Origin: Azolla caroliniana
Taxonomy: Eukaryota > Plantae > Polypodiophyta
DNA: 64,000 nucleotides
NCBI GenBank assembly: GCA_043228905.1
Contig: JBHGNT010000008.1
Location: forward strand, 20,398,001-20,462,000
Reading direction: 5' to 3'
Below are positions 11,127 to 24,349 of the stretch, piece by piece. The notes under the pieces are model-generated. The model saw nothing but the letters and a program-made list of their open reading frames with translations, did no database searches and was not told where the DNA came from. Both the position numbers and the translations under genes were made by a program. Numbering within the stretch: the first letter of the stretch is position 1; each line of letters opens with the position of its first letter.

Positions 11127-13440
11127 GAAGGAGAGAAAAAGAGGGACACACAATTATTACTCGAAAGAGCATAAATAATCCCAAGCTAGATGGGGATGCT
11201 AGAGAATGAGTGGGATATGAAGGTATCCACTTCATTCAATATCCCATTCACAAAGTTAATGTTGGGGTTTTAACAAACATGTATCCTATTCAGGTGTATG
11301 TTGTTGACCCTGATATCTCAATCCACCCATTTCAACCTTCTTTGTGTTGTATAGTCAATTGAACAATAAGCTTCGATTTCATTTACTCTACGTTCAACTC
11401 ACTAGATCATGTGGACATTGGATAGGTTCGTGAATTTGCACGCCCACCCATTTGATCGTGTCCTCCCCTCCATTTGTATAAGAAGAACAATAAAACAGTA
11501 AAAAATTATAGAAAGAATAATAAAGAATTGGAGTTACCTCACTTCGTCAACCTCCAATATTCTTTTCTCCTATATCACGAGACTTGCGGCTCATTGGTTT
11601 ATATGACCAATTGATATCAATGATCTAAAATGCAATGAACACGACCAAACATCGACAATATACACACATTGTGGTATTCGATACACTTGCAAAATTTGAT
11701 ACCTTAAACCTTAAACAAGGTTGCAAGGAATTGAGGCAACATGTAAGGGCCAAGTGTGGACTTGCATGGGAGTCTTAGGTCTAACTATAATATGAGGCGT
11801 AGCTACTCTCATTAGGGGATAATTTTGACTACCTTGAGACTGTGATCGTGTGGTGAACACACAGTTGTAGCGAGCACGCCATTACCAGATACGACTTGAT
11901 GCCATGGCGGTGGTATCAGAGAATGTCCGTCTCGACCCTTTTCTTAGGGGTGGTCGGGTGGATCAACACCCTTCTTTCTCTCTCTTTCTTAGCTATCTAT
12001 ATGATATATTAGACTTTATTTCATGATTACATTAGTATTAAGCTCTGACTTGGGTCATTGGGCTTTTTGGTGCCAAAAACTTGAAAATTATGCCCATCAA
12101 GGGAAAGTGGGGGGGGAATTCTGATTCGGGTTTATGGTTGTTAGTGTGGTTCATTGCCACTAACCACATTCACTTTCTCTTAACCTAAAAGTCAGGAGTC
12201 TTTGAAGAAAAAATTAGTGAAACTAAACGTTAGCAAGCGATTTAAAGGATGAAAAAGAAAATAGGGGGGTAAGTAGATAATACGTTAAAATTACTATTTT
12301 AGCTTAACAGTAATTAACAAACCATGAATGTATCCCTTTCTTAGTACCCCTCTTACCTGCCAATCGATTTAACCATCTACCATTATACCTAGCTTACGTT
12401 AGGAAATGGAAACCCATACGCTGTCACAGACACACCAACCGTGGACTCGAGCGGAGCATGGATGATGGGGCTAAGAGCGTGGAACTTAAGAAGCTGGGAA
12501 CAACACTAGAGCATGAAGACAGAGATAAAGGAGACAATATCGCATGAAATGAGAATACGAGATTGATGTGTCAATGACTGGTATGGAATCCCTTGAAAGG
12601 GATCAAGGAGGTTAAGTATTTATACAAGTTTCAAGATTGAATATTTGAAGGATATACTCGAGAAATATCTCGTCTGAATCAACCTCCTCTCACGAATCGG
12701 TTGCCTCCAATTCGTTTTCAATCTTCAGGCCCTTCACGACATCGGACCACGTCCGGGTCTTGGGCTTCTTCTTTCGGTCAGCTCTGTCCTTCTTGACTCT
12801 GCCGTCGTCACCGCTTCTTCCGACTTTATCGCATGTGCCGACTTCTTCAGTCGATTTGGCTTACTTTTTCTTCTTGTCTCTCTGACTCTTTGTCCGGTGC
12901 CATTACCTAATTTTTCGGTTTCCGTTCTGGTTCTCCCCGTATCAGTCCTGGTCCCAGTTCTCCCCCTCAAGTGCGGGATGTCGAGATGCTAAAGATCAAG
13001 CATCGCCGAAAAAAGCTGCAACTTGTTCAATCCGAGCGGCTTGGTAAAGATGTCGGCAACTTGTCCATGTGAACATACCGAAGTTCAACTTCACCACTTA
13101 GAACCCGTTCACGCAGAAAGTGATAATGTACTTCTATGTGCTTTGCCCGAGAATGAAATATGGGGTTCTTAGCGAGTTGTATGCTGCTTATGTTGTCACA
13201 ATAGATCAAGATTGGGGTCTGTACCTCGATTCTGAGTTCTTGCAGCAGCCGCCAAAACCATATAGCTTCATAGGTGGCAATGGTGGCACCCTGATACTCA
13301 GTTTCCATGCTCGACAGAGCTATGGTTGGCTGCTTTTTGCTACTCCATGCAGCAACTGCGCTACCAAGAGAAAACATGTATTTGTAGGTGGACCGACAAT
13401 CCGATGCATCACCAGCCCAGTCGGCATCTGCATATCCGAC
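10745..13440 (+). repeat. Copy 1 of a ~2.7-kb direct segmental duplication
   Basis: Colinear with 26967-27452 plus 32735-35162, starting GGTGGTTATCAAGGATAAAACCCTACCC. Confidence 0.92.
11086..11122. repeat. (TG)n microsatellite
   Basis: Longer than the paralogous tract at ~32863-32881. Confidence 0.9.
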
Positions 13441-13895
13441 TAGCTTTTCTGTTATAACGTGTCAGTATAATAGATCCTTATCCTTAGTGCCACTAACATA
13501 TCGAAGTATCCGGTGTGCGCATGTGAAGGTGCTCCACAATCGGCTTCTGCGTGAATCGGGGCGAGTGATAATTAAGTAGATAAGGCTTCCGGCAATCTGT
13601 CAAAACCGTTTCTCGTTGCAGGCGGGGCCAGAGTTAGGACATAGCTTCAGGTTCTGGTCCAAGGGTGTGGAGATCGGTCAACAATTCGTCATGCCAAACT
13701 TGTAGAACATATTCAACACATAATGTCGCTGTGAGAGAAATATGCCATCGTGGGTATGGATCACCTCGATTCCGAGAAAATAAAGAAGGTCCCCCAGGTC
13801 CTTCATTTCAAATGTGTCTGACAACTCCGTCTTCACTCGGCCGATGTCATCGAGCCCGGGTTCGGTGATCACTAGATCATCTACATATAACAGAA
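12693..13895 (-). mobile_element. Ty1/copia family B fragment (RT end, RNase H, C-terminal tail)
   Basis: FEMKDLGDL, WSSKKQPTIALSS, YCDNISSIQLAKNP, KHIEVHYHF; homologous to 37560-38690. Confidence 0.9.
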
Positions 13896-14113
13896 TTATT
13901 TTTTTGCCGCATACCGAAAAAAATAAAAAGTCTAGCGCAATACCAAATCAAATCAATCACAAAATTTGGGATCCCAAAAACTAAAGATATATATTTACCA
14001 AAAACAGAATTCACTTTTCGAACCTTTGTAAACTATCATTAACAACATATTAGATAAAATTAGATCTAATATATAGAGAGTTCCAAAACAAAATTGATCA
14101 AATTTACAAAGTT

Positions 14114-14284
14114 TTAATCTATATCTTCTATGAAGTCCTCGATGTTATCATCATGCTCATGAGAAGTTCTTGTAAAAATATGACGATATGCCTTGCTTTC
14201 TCGCCACAACAAAATGTTGGCACTAAAGTCACGTTCTTCTAGTTCAGGTCCTTCAATAGAGATTCGTATCAATGCATCAACCGC
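14114..14284 (-). pseudogene. C-terminal end of the hAT transposase (dimerization domain)
   Basis: AVDALIRISIEGPELEERDF...EDID* continues RNRLKNN from 22725 once the gypsy is removed. Confidence 0.8.
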
Positions 14285-15146
14285 TATCAAAATGATTGTG
14301 GTTCTTTGTCGCAAATGCCGGGGTTCTGTGACTCGGGGATGATCGGGATGACAAGGCATAATCGCAGATGGTGCCATGACAAGAAGCCGAGAAAGCAAGA
14401 TAGATGCAACATTGTCGTGAAAAGAAATTTATTTGTAAAACACCAAAATCACTTTAACTTCTTTGATTTCTATCTATTTTATTCTCTTTCTCTTTTTCTT
14501 TATACATACCAAATTTACATTACAAAATTTGATTACCAAAGGAAGTTGTTTTGAGAGTATTCAAACTCACAACCTTATGTTTGCAAAGAGTCATTTGTGA
14601 TACACCACTAAAACTTCTTCCTTTCTTTGTGTATTTTTTCTTTGCTTTAACTTTTGTGTTTTTTTATGCAAGCCACCATCTGCTTTGGCGAGTTCTGCAT
14701 CCCACACCCACATGAGCTTCCTCATTCGCTTTTTCTTCCTCCTTCCTTCTCTTCCTCTTTTTCCCCTTTTTCCCCTTTCTCCCCTTTAGCCACCATGGGC
14801 ATGGCTTATATATGGTGGTCAACCGCCCTACCACCCTCTTGAGGTGGTTGACAAACCGCCTCATGCAGGTGTTTGTTTTTATATATATTATTATTTGTTA
14901 TTTATTTATTGATTCTACAAATTCGATTTTGTAGTTGTACATTTGAAAAATTATAAAAATAGCCCTCATTTAATTTTGACTCTCCCTTTTGACATAATTA
15001 CATTTGTGTCTCGAGTAACATTTATCCTTCCAAAGCTTGTATCTTGTATCTCTGCATATGCTCCTCGCCACAAGCTCCATATGGGAAATGTCTTTCTATA
15101 CATTTTTGACATTGTTTTGACGTCGTGAAGCAATAACTTCACAACA
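14285..15146 (-). repeat. 3' LTR of the gypsy at 14285-22724
   Basis: Homologous to 20820-22724 minus its insertions; starts TGTTGTGAAG after the PPT. Confidence 0.85.
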
Positions 15147-18100
15147 CCCACCCCTCTGAACTTGCACACCTCTGGGCGAGTTCACACTTGTGGTTCTCGA
15201 GGCTACTATCGAGTACCAATACCCAGTCTCCTTCTTGAATCCTTTGTGCTTGTAATCTGTTTACTTTGTCAAATCTTGCTTTGTTCAATTTTTTGGCAAC
15301 CTTTTCTACATCTTTTGCTTGACATTGTAGTTGTCGTATACAAACAACTAGCAAGTTTTCTCTACTCATCTTCGACTCCCATGCATAGCCCATGTAGCAA
15401 TCTTCTCTTCAATTGGCATCATCGGCCTTTGTCCTGTCATGAGCTCTATCGGCATATATCTTGTCACTGAGCTGTGTGTGGTCCTATCCGCCCACAATGC
15501 ATATGGCAAGACCTTCGACCAATTACCTACTTTACCTTTGCAAGTGCTTTAACTATTGGGCTATGACCTCTTTCTATCTTTCCATTTGCCTCAGGATTAT
15601 ATGTTGTTGTCAATGATAACCGAATTCCAATTCTATCAAAGAACTCCCTTGGTTCATCAGAATGGAGCTCACCTCTATTAGCCACTATCTTTCCTATACA
15701 CCCATATCTACATACTATATCCTCTAATATGAATTGACATACTACCAACGTGGTATTCCATCTTAGTGCTCTTCCTTCAACTTGATTTGTAAGGTCTTTT
15801 CTAGCAAGTACCAAGAACTTCTTTTGACCTACCCCGATTGGCATTGCCACTATATCTACCATCCACTTGTAATGTATAACCAGCGAGTAGGCTGGGTGGA
15901 ACTCATCTCTATGCTTAATGTTGGAATAGATTTGACAAGTTGGGCAAGTCTCGACATACCTCTTGATTTCGTTGTAGAATCCTGGCCACTAGTATCTTTC
16001 CTTTATTTTACTGAATGTTACCCAGACTCCACGGTGTCCAGCCCACTTCCTGTCATGTAATTCCTTTAATATCTACTCTCGTTGCACTTGGCCACCATTA
16101 ACCCATTGTGGATTTCCCATTTTACACTTTTGGTGCTTCTTTCGGAAATTTGAGAAGTTTCTCCCACTCCAAGTTCCTTCCTTCCATGGTGCTTGTAGAT
16201 ACTTCCCGATTTCCTTAAACTCTTCGTTATATTCTTCTTCTTTAAACTCATGTTCTTCATGTGGCTCACCCCCTCTAATTGGATTTATGGCTAAAGCTAA
16301 TTCTTCTTCGTCTCTATCTGATTCTACCACTTCCTCATTTTCGTATTTCGCTCTAGGCAACATATCATCCATTGCGTTCTTCTCACTAGATATATGTCAA
16401 ACTTCTGGGTTGATGGTTTTGATGTAGACACACCACCTAAGCATTCTTTGGTCTGGAATATTGCAATTCGGACGGGCAAGCAATGTGTCTCCACAATCAC
16501 CTCTGCACCAACTAGATAGTCCCTATCCGTCTTGATAGCGATGACTATCCCCCAAAGCTCTCTCATCACTTGCGCATACTTTTGTAGACGTCCATTAAGT
16601 ACCTTCGCACCAAATCGAATTGGATGTCTTTCTCCTTCCGTGTCTTGTTGGCTTATCACCCACCCGATTCCAACCGAACTTGAATCAACTATGAGGATTA
16701 TCGGTAGGGTGTAGTCAAGTTGTTTCAAAGCAGGAGCTTTCGCCAAATTCTCCTTCAGTCTTCTAATTGCATTTTAGTGTTCTTCTGTCCACCCAAATGC
16801 TTCCCCTTTTCTTAATCGTCGATACAATGGATCTGATATGTGGGCATAATGTGGAATCCACCTGCAATAGAAGACACATGCACCCAAGAACCTTCGAACT
16901 TCAGATACAGAGTTACATTCCTCTTTCATATTCTGTATTGCGTTGATCTTCGTTGGTGTTGTCTTCCTTCCATATGGCCACACATATATCCTACCACTAA
17001 TACTTCTTGAACCCCGAATATTGATTTTGGAGCCGAAAGTGTTAAGTGTACCTCCTCTAGTCTTGAAAGCACTTTATCACAATCTTCTATGTGATCCCGG
17101 ACGAACTTCCGACATCTACCACTATCCAATTCTTCATTCTTTATTCTTTCCTCACATCCTTTAATGGGTATATCATCCACGAAAGGCATGGTTATGTGAG
17201 GAATAAAATCTCGGAGAACTTTGTGCATACCATTCATCATGTGAGCGACTGAGTTGGTCGCACCTTGAGGTAGGGTACACATCCGAAGTAATCCAATAGG
17301 AGTCCTAATCGAAGTGATGTCTCGACTACCGGCCGCAAGTTGGAACTGGTCATAGCCGGAGTAGAGATCACACATGGAGTAGATCGCCCTTCCGGCGAAC
17401 ATCTTTGCAAACTCATCTACTATCACCCCCACTCCTGAATTCCAGATAGTAACTTGATTCATAGGTTGCATGTCTTGAATTAATTGAAGCTGCCCATCCT
17501 ACTTTTGCACCATAAACCATCTACTTGAGTATGGAGTGTTTGATGGTTCCAAGATGCCCATCTTCATTTTCTCATTTAGAAGCTCGATTAGTTGCAGTAT
17601 CCCTGCTCTTGGCACTGGAATTGGCTTTAGATTCCATGGAATGTGTGGGATCGTGAAGATGACCATTGGTTCAACTACTTCCGGATCCACACATCCAATT
17701 TCTTCAGGGTTGAAGGAGAATGCTTTCTCGTGCCGCCCTAGCATTTATCTAAATTCTGCTTCTTTCGTAGGTGTTAGGAAGTCCCCCCCTCCAATTCTTA
17801 GTTCTTTAATTGTTTCTTCCATGAAGTTGTGCCCAATTCTCTTTGGATTCCGAAGAATTGGCTCGGTCGACACCTCCTTCATTATCTTTTCACTATCTTG
17901 TGGAAGCAGTGTTGCTGCTGGCCGGACCTTCTTCTCCTCTGTTTTGTACTTTGTGTTTATTTGAGCTTTTTCATTTTGAAGATACTCGTTGGTGGTTTTG
18001 AACATCTCAATGGAGTTTACCATAACTTCAACTTCATCATCTTCCGTCATTGGAGACTCCAACTCTCCTATTGTATCTTTAAAACAATATTCTTCAAATA

Positions 18101-21092
18101 TACTCACTAATTTTTCTTCTGAATCTATTATGCCTCTACCTTGTAATTTTTTTTCTATTTTTCGGAATTTATTTCCTTTGAAATCTTCTATTATAGTTGC
18201 GCCATCCACCGATGCAACATATAATTTACCTTTATCTTCAATGCTGTGAATGGGGCTTCTTACCTCAGTCGGGCCATCACAGCCCCTTTTTATAAGGGCC
18301 CGCTCTAGAAATTCTGTACGCAATCCCCCACATCTCATAGTGGATTATCCTGTAGATGCTCCTTATTCCTTTCATGATTTGGTTGAACAGTAAGGAACTG
18401 TACCGAACTCTTCCCATGTTGGCTTCGAATCCTAGAAAATGCCGCTCCATTATCAAGCACTTTAGTCTCCATTCGTACTGTTGTGATGTACAGTTGCCCC
18501 AGGATTACCGGATAAAATGACTTCTCCTAGATGAAGAAGTTTTGATCTACTGACACATCCCCAATTGTAACTTTAATATTTGGGCATGCGCCACATAAAT
18601 CATCCACGACCTCGGTTGTTGCTCTCACCTTCCACTCGTGGTTTCTCTCTATTAGTCATCTCCCGTGATTGTAGAAATCAGATGATATGATGTTAATCTC
18701 GGAGCCATGGTCGCTGAGTGCCACACATGGTTCCATCTGATCAACAATTCTGATTGGAGCCTCGGTTGTCGCCCGAGCCCAATGTCTGTGGGTGTAATGG
18801 CTTCTTTCCTCTTCATGACTACACTGTATATGAGCACTCCGTAACCCGGCTAACAATGCAGTCTCCATATCTTCATCTTCCTTCCGTATCCTGATGGTAT
18901 TTACTCCACCCATTTCTTCAACCACTTGTCTTTTTCTCTGGATCACATCGATGATCACTTCATGAAATTCCTTCTTCGCGATCCCTAGTACTTCTCATAG
19001 TGTTAACTCGACTTTACTATCGAGAATCCTGGATTCAAGCACATGCTTTAGGTCGGTGCATGTTTCTATGTCGGAGGTGAGTTTGAACACGTTCGCGTTC
19101 ACAAGTGGAAGGATTGTGCATTCCACATGTAGAATCTTCTTGAAACTATCCAAATATACCCTCTCTACAAAAATTGGATGCACTAGTATCACATGTTCCA
19201 CAACTTGATTAGAATTTGCAAATATAAAAATACATGATAGGTCTACGAGTGGAGATCATTAGATGCGATCTGATGGGGCGATCCGAATGATGGGGTGATC
19301 TGATGCTTACCTTTGTCTTCTTTCATCGCCTTCGCAGCAACTCGTTCTGTTTCTCATCTCTTTTGCTCTCAGGTCTCAGGTTTTCTTGAAGGACCCGCTT
19401 CTTCAGTTCTCCTTCTCTTTTCTTCGATTGTCACTTCGTGGGCATTCACCCCTGCTATCTTTGCGATTGTTGTGTGTGAATCTACTAGGTAATCCCACCC
19501 AACACTATTCCTGATTTCGTCACCGGCCTTTCGTAAGTCTTGTGGTTGGACTCTTTTGTCAATAGCGGACTTTATTACTTTTCCCCAGAATTCTGATCCA
19601 ATATGGGGATCATCGACCTTCAATCTGGAGGTAGTCGAAAAGTACATTGGTTGAACATTCTTCGACTCTTTGTCCTCCATCATTTTCTTCATCCCACCTT
19701 TGCCGAAGTTGGTTTTTAGGGGTTGTCGGTTCTTTGAGGAGTGGATTCTCTCATTTTGATAGAAGATAGTGTTTCTTTCTAATGCTTACTTATGACTCTA
19801 ACAATCCCTTTTTTGGTGCTCTGTGTTATCGCACCATATGTATTGGCGAACGAATTCACCCTTTCCCCCTTCATTGGGCTTTTGTCTTACACCCAAGCTT
19901 TCACCCTTCTCAACCTTTGTGAGCTTGAGTTGTAAATCCCGCATTACTTTTATCAGCTCATCGATTGCAAACTCTGGCTCCTTTCCCTTGCAAACATCCG
20001 TTCGAGTTCCCGAATCTTGTTTTGGATCTTCTTTGATTGTTGTCATAGCCATCCTTCATCCATAGTGCTCTCCTTCTTAGTACTCGACAAGCCTTGGGTA
20101 CCTCCACCCAATCGGACACCAAACTTGTGGTGCTTGTCCGGTCTTCTAGAAGGATAGTGATATCTTTTCTAAAAGATTTATCTGCCGCTCGGACGAATAA
20201 ATCCACCTTTTTAGACTGTAATAGTTCTCGGTCTTTTAGCGAGAGCTCATTATATCTTACCTCAAACTCCCTCAGCAACTCTGAGACGAAGAGTCCTTTA
20301 CCCCCATTTCTCGGTGCATTCGAGAAAGTTTTTCTTTGACATTCGGGTCCGATCGTCTAGCATATATTCATCAAGCAATGCTTGATGAAACCCGGGCCAA
20401 TCTTCACGGAATATCTCCGATAATTCTGTTACCCTTGCTCGGACATCAAGTATGCACACCCCTTTGATATGTGACACTAGTTGTACTCCGATTGCCCCTC
20501 TACTGGTCATCTCGTGTTCGTAAACCTCAAGAAACCAAGTGATGTCCTCGCCATTAAATCTTCTTATCCCCTCGATGACCGTTTGTACGACGAGTGTTAA
20601 CTCACTTTCCATCCGATTCATCGCACTTTGCTCTTACAGCATCTAATTCATCATAGTCATGATGAAACTTGTCATCTCTTCATTAAAGCCCTTATTCGCC
20701 ATCTCTGTGTTGGCACCTTTATCCGCCATTTTCTTTGATTTTCAGACCTTTTCTTTGGAAATCTTTAACTCCAAAACTCCCCTTCTCGGCAACACTTCAC
20801 GTCAAGTTCACCAAATTTATGTCAAGAATATTGTGGTTGTGTGTCGTAACCACCAAGGTTCTGTGACTCGGGGATAATCGGGATGGCAAGGCATAATCGT
20901 AGATGGTGCCATGACTAGAAGTCGAGAAAGCAAGATAGATGCGATGTTGTCGTGAAAAGAAATTTATTTGTAAAACACCACTTACAATATTTATTTGCCA
21001 AAAGTTATGTGGCATACTTGAACTCGTGACCTTTGTTTGAGAAGAAGCGTTTGAGGTAAACCACTTCAACTTCTTTGATTTCTATTTATTTA

Positions 21093-21741
21093 TGTTGGGA
21101 GACAGGTCCCTCCGGATGGGAAGGGAGAAGAACAGTGTCGTCGAACGATCTCGGCCGAGGTCGAAACCGAAAGAGGAGTACCCGGCTACGGAGAGCCGGA
21201 TGGTGCAGACCCGGTATGAACCGGATGAGGAGTACCCGGCTACGGAGAGTCGGATGGTGCAGACCCGGTATGAACCGGATAAAGAGACATATTCGTAAAT
21301 ATGTTTCTGAGAGTCCATCGAGGCTATATTTGTAAATAGCCGAAAAGTCATATTAGTATAAATATGACTTAGGGCAAACTTTTGTTGTGGGATAGTTGTT
21401 GTCATTTTCTGTTTTGCACGAGATTAGTGTGCGTAACTGTACAGAGAGAGAGAGAGAGAGAGAGAAAGAGGTCGTTGCCTCTGTTGTAACCGCCGCCTGT
21501 GGCGAAGATATGTGAGCACGAGGTCTTTGCCTCAGTGAACTCACTGTTGTACATTCTCACATAGTGACAGTTTGCAGCCTGTGGGCTGCCGTGGTTTTTC
21601 CCCTAGTTTGGGGTTTTCCACGTAAACCTCCTGTGTATCTTCCTCCTCTTTGTGTCGTGTTTTATTTCCCGTTTTTCTGTGTATGAAAAGAATCTCGGTT
21701 GTGGCCGAGCGTTGGACATAAGGAGCCTTGAGTTCCCGTCA
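21093..21741 (+). mobile_element. Solo LTR of copia family A
   Basis: TGTTGGGAGACAGG...CCCGTCA; 5-bp TSD ATTTA (21088-21092, 21742-21746); reverse-complement homolog of 3391-4005. Confidence 0.92.
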
Positions 21742-21932
21742 ATTTACTTGTCTTTTTCTTTATGTTTATACATACCAAAATTATATTACAAAATTTGATT
21801 ACAAAAAAAAATTGTTTTGAGAGTATTTGAACTCACAACCTTTTGTTTGCAAAGAGTCGTTTGTGATACACCACATTAACTTCTTCCTTTCTTTCCCAAC
21901 TTCATGTTAAAGTCCAAAAGGTCCTTTAGCTT

Positions 21933-22020
21933 GGAGAGATGGCCGAGAGGTCTAACGCGTCGGATTGCTAATCCGTTGTACAGTTCATATGTACCGAGGG
22001 TTCGAATCCCTCTGTCTCCT
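21933..22020 (+). tRNA. trnS-GCU: Plastid-type tRNA-Ser(GCU), NUPT copy, probably non-functional
   Basis: GGAGAGATGGCCGAG...CGGATTGCTAATCCG anticodon arm, long variable arm, GGTTCGAATCCC; one acceptor-stem mismatch. Confidence 0.9.
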
Positions 22021-22079
22021 TCAATATTTGAGAAAATCATTAACCTATCGATGGAGCAACTAAAAAAAAAGAAAGAGAT

Positions 22080-22178
22080 TCAATCTCTATGTCCGGGGTT
22101 TCGCCTAGGGTCGTTTGATAAGAATCCGAAAACGAAGAGGGAAACAAAAAAGATAACTACTGTATGGACAAATAGCTT
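22080..22178 (-). pseudogene. psbI: Photosystem II protein I fragment lacking the first ~4 codons
   Basis: Translates [32 protein letters not shown], matching Psb[16 protein letters not shown](I/V)[13 protein letters not shown]. Confidence 0.9.
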
Positions 22179-22724
22179 TTGCTTTTTTCGTTTTCTTTAA
22201 GTTTTGTATTTTTTTATGCAAGCCACCATCTTCTTTGGCGAGCTCTGCATCCCACACCCACGCGAGCTTCCTCACTCACTTTTTCTTCCTCCTTCCTTCT
22301 CTTCCTCTTTTTCCCCTTTCTCCCCTTTACCCACCATGGGCATGGCTTATATAGGGTGGTCAACCACCCTACCACCCTCTTGAGGTGGTTGACAAACCGC
22401 CTCATGCAGGCGGTTGTATTTATATATATATATATATTAATTAATTAATTAATTAATTATTCATTCTACAAATTCGATTTTGTAGTTGTACATTTCAGAA
22501 ATTATAGAAATAGCCCTCATTTAATTTTGACTCCCCCTTCTGACATAATTACATTTGTGTCCCAAGTAACATTAATCATTTCGAAGCTTGTATCTTGGGC
22601 TCCTGAACTTCGATTCACGAACTAAGAATTGGCATATGCTCCTCGACACTAGCTCCATATGGGAAATTTCTTTCTATACATTTTTGACATTGTTTTGACA
22701 TCGTAAAGCAATAACTTCACGACA

Positions 22725-24349
22725 CCACATTGTTTTTTAGCCTATTTCTAAACTTATTTTTTATTAGATTTAGGCGACTCAAGCCTCTCTCACATGTTGT
22801 TGTAAAAAAACATTGAATTAACCCTATCAATGAAAGCTTGAGAACTTCGGGTAGGTTTTCTTTCCACACATAATTACAATTTATCATACCCCAAACATGT
22901 AAGAAATCTCTTCCAAGCCATTTCGTGGTAGCTTGCCTTTTGAAAATTGCATATTCATCATACAATTTATCAATATCAATTATGGGAGAAAATGCTTTCC
23001 CATCTACCATTTTTTGAATGCCATAAAAATTTCCAAGTGTTTTCAACTCATTAAGACCCATAGTTTTTCGTGCTAAAATGCTGAAAGAGTTATTGGATCT
23101 TGAAGCCATCACTACTTTGATATCGTGTCTACGTTAAGTATGGAATTCCAAAAGGAATATGTCTACGTGTCTTCACAATCCTAAGCCCCATGCCGACTAA
23201 GCCATCGTGTCTTCACAATCCCAAGAATATGCAAATGTGTGTATTCTAATGCATCTTGCATCTTAGTTAATTCACCTTGGCGCATTGAGCTCCTCAAGAA
23301 ATGTGCAACCACGCGATCCACAAGGGCATCTAACTGCTTGCATGTTTCTTTGACTTCAATGTTCTTTGAAGCCTCTTGCACACACAAGTTTGTTCGATGT
23401 GCACAACAATGTAATGAAGTCATAAATGGGTTATATGCCTTCAATTTTGTAGCAACACCTGTAGACATACCTACCATAACAGATGCTCCATCACTTCCAA
23501 ATCCCATAATTTATCTAACATCTAAGTTACACTTTTTTAACAATGCTAAAATGTTTTCCGTTCTTGTGTTTGATATACCATCCTCTACTTCAAGTAACCC
23601 CAAATAAGAGGTTCTTACTTGCCTTCCTTCCACAAATGTAGCGTAAAGGATCAAGGTCTTGGTTACACTTACATCGGTAGCTTCATCTACCATAAGCCCA
23701 AACAAGGACTTTTCCTCAACCTATCATAGATCTCAGCTTCAAGAGCCTTGCTAATGTGTAAGATAAAGCTTGCACAATCCTTATTATCGTTATACATTCA
23801 TGGAAGGCCTTCCACACCACATTCTCTTAACAATCGTAAGAGGTTTTCCAAATTTCTAAATGTCAAATCCTCTTTAGCTATAAAATATGCACATTTTAAC
23901 AATTTTCCAATTGTTAAATCCACACTAGTTTTTTTTTATGCACATTTTTCAAGACCATTCTTGTCTTGTTCTTTTAACAAAATGACATCTCGATGGGCCA
24001 CACTTCTTGCATGTTCTTCTAATGTAGAAGTCTTAAAGTTTTTGGCACCTGTTTTGCCAAATGAAGACTTACAATGAGGATCACTCCTACAATAACTACA
24101 CCATGAAAGATCAGTTTCCAAATCCTCTCGAAGCTACTTAAATTTAGTAAGCCAATCTTCTGGAAATTTTAGTTTGGCCTTACTAATTCTATTCATCTCA
24201 TGAAGTAGCTCTTCAGAGTGTTGATGGTCCTTTATAGGCTCTTCTAGAGACACATCTTCATTGGAAGATGACAAGTTTTTCCTAAAACCAGGCATTGTAA
24301 AGAGGCCGATTTGTTTTCTTTTGCCTTTCGTATTTTTGTTGTGGGACAT
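22725..24349 (-). pseudogene. hAT transposase, N-terminal and catalytic part, with frameshifts and an internal deletion near 23120-23180
   Basis: ORFs 24134-24349, 23936-24121, 23511-23705, 23181-23507, 22717-23112. Confidence 0.85.

Larger units (their letters stand above)
21895..22178. other. Nuclear plastid DNA insertion (NUPT) of the trnS-GCU/psbI region
   Basis: Convergent trnS-GCU and psbI as in land-plant plastomes; absent from the sister LTR. Confidence 0.9.
14285..22724 (-). mobile_element. Ty3/gypsy LTR retrotransposon (tRNA-Trp-primed family), old and degenerate
   Basis: 3' LTR 14285-15146, 5' LTR 20820-22724, PBS TGGTGAACTTGACGTGAA 20813-20796, PPT AGAGGGGTGGG 15157-15147, flanks CCGC/CCAC; gag (20621), protease DHGSEIN, RT DLYSGYDQ/LPQG/FVDD, RNase H, integrase YNPEANG. 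Confidence 0.9.
20820..22724 (-). repeat. 5' LTR of the gypsy, carrying a solo-LTR insertion and a plastid insertion
   Basis: TGTCGTGAAG...TTGACA on the minus strand, followed by the PBS. Confidence 0.85.

Noticed and set aside
11911-11921. TGGTATCAGAG PBS-like motif
   Set aside because: Not preceded by an LTR CA end or followed by gag; the paralog near 33671 is mutated
21933-22020. Functional nuclear tRNA gene or SINE
   Set aside because: Plastid-type sequence with psbI attached, an acceptor-stem mismatch, and located inside an LTR
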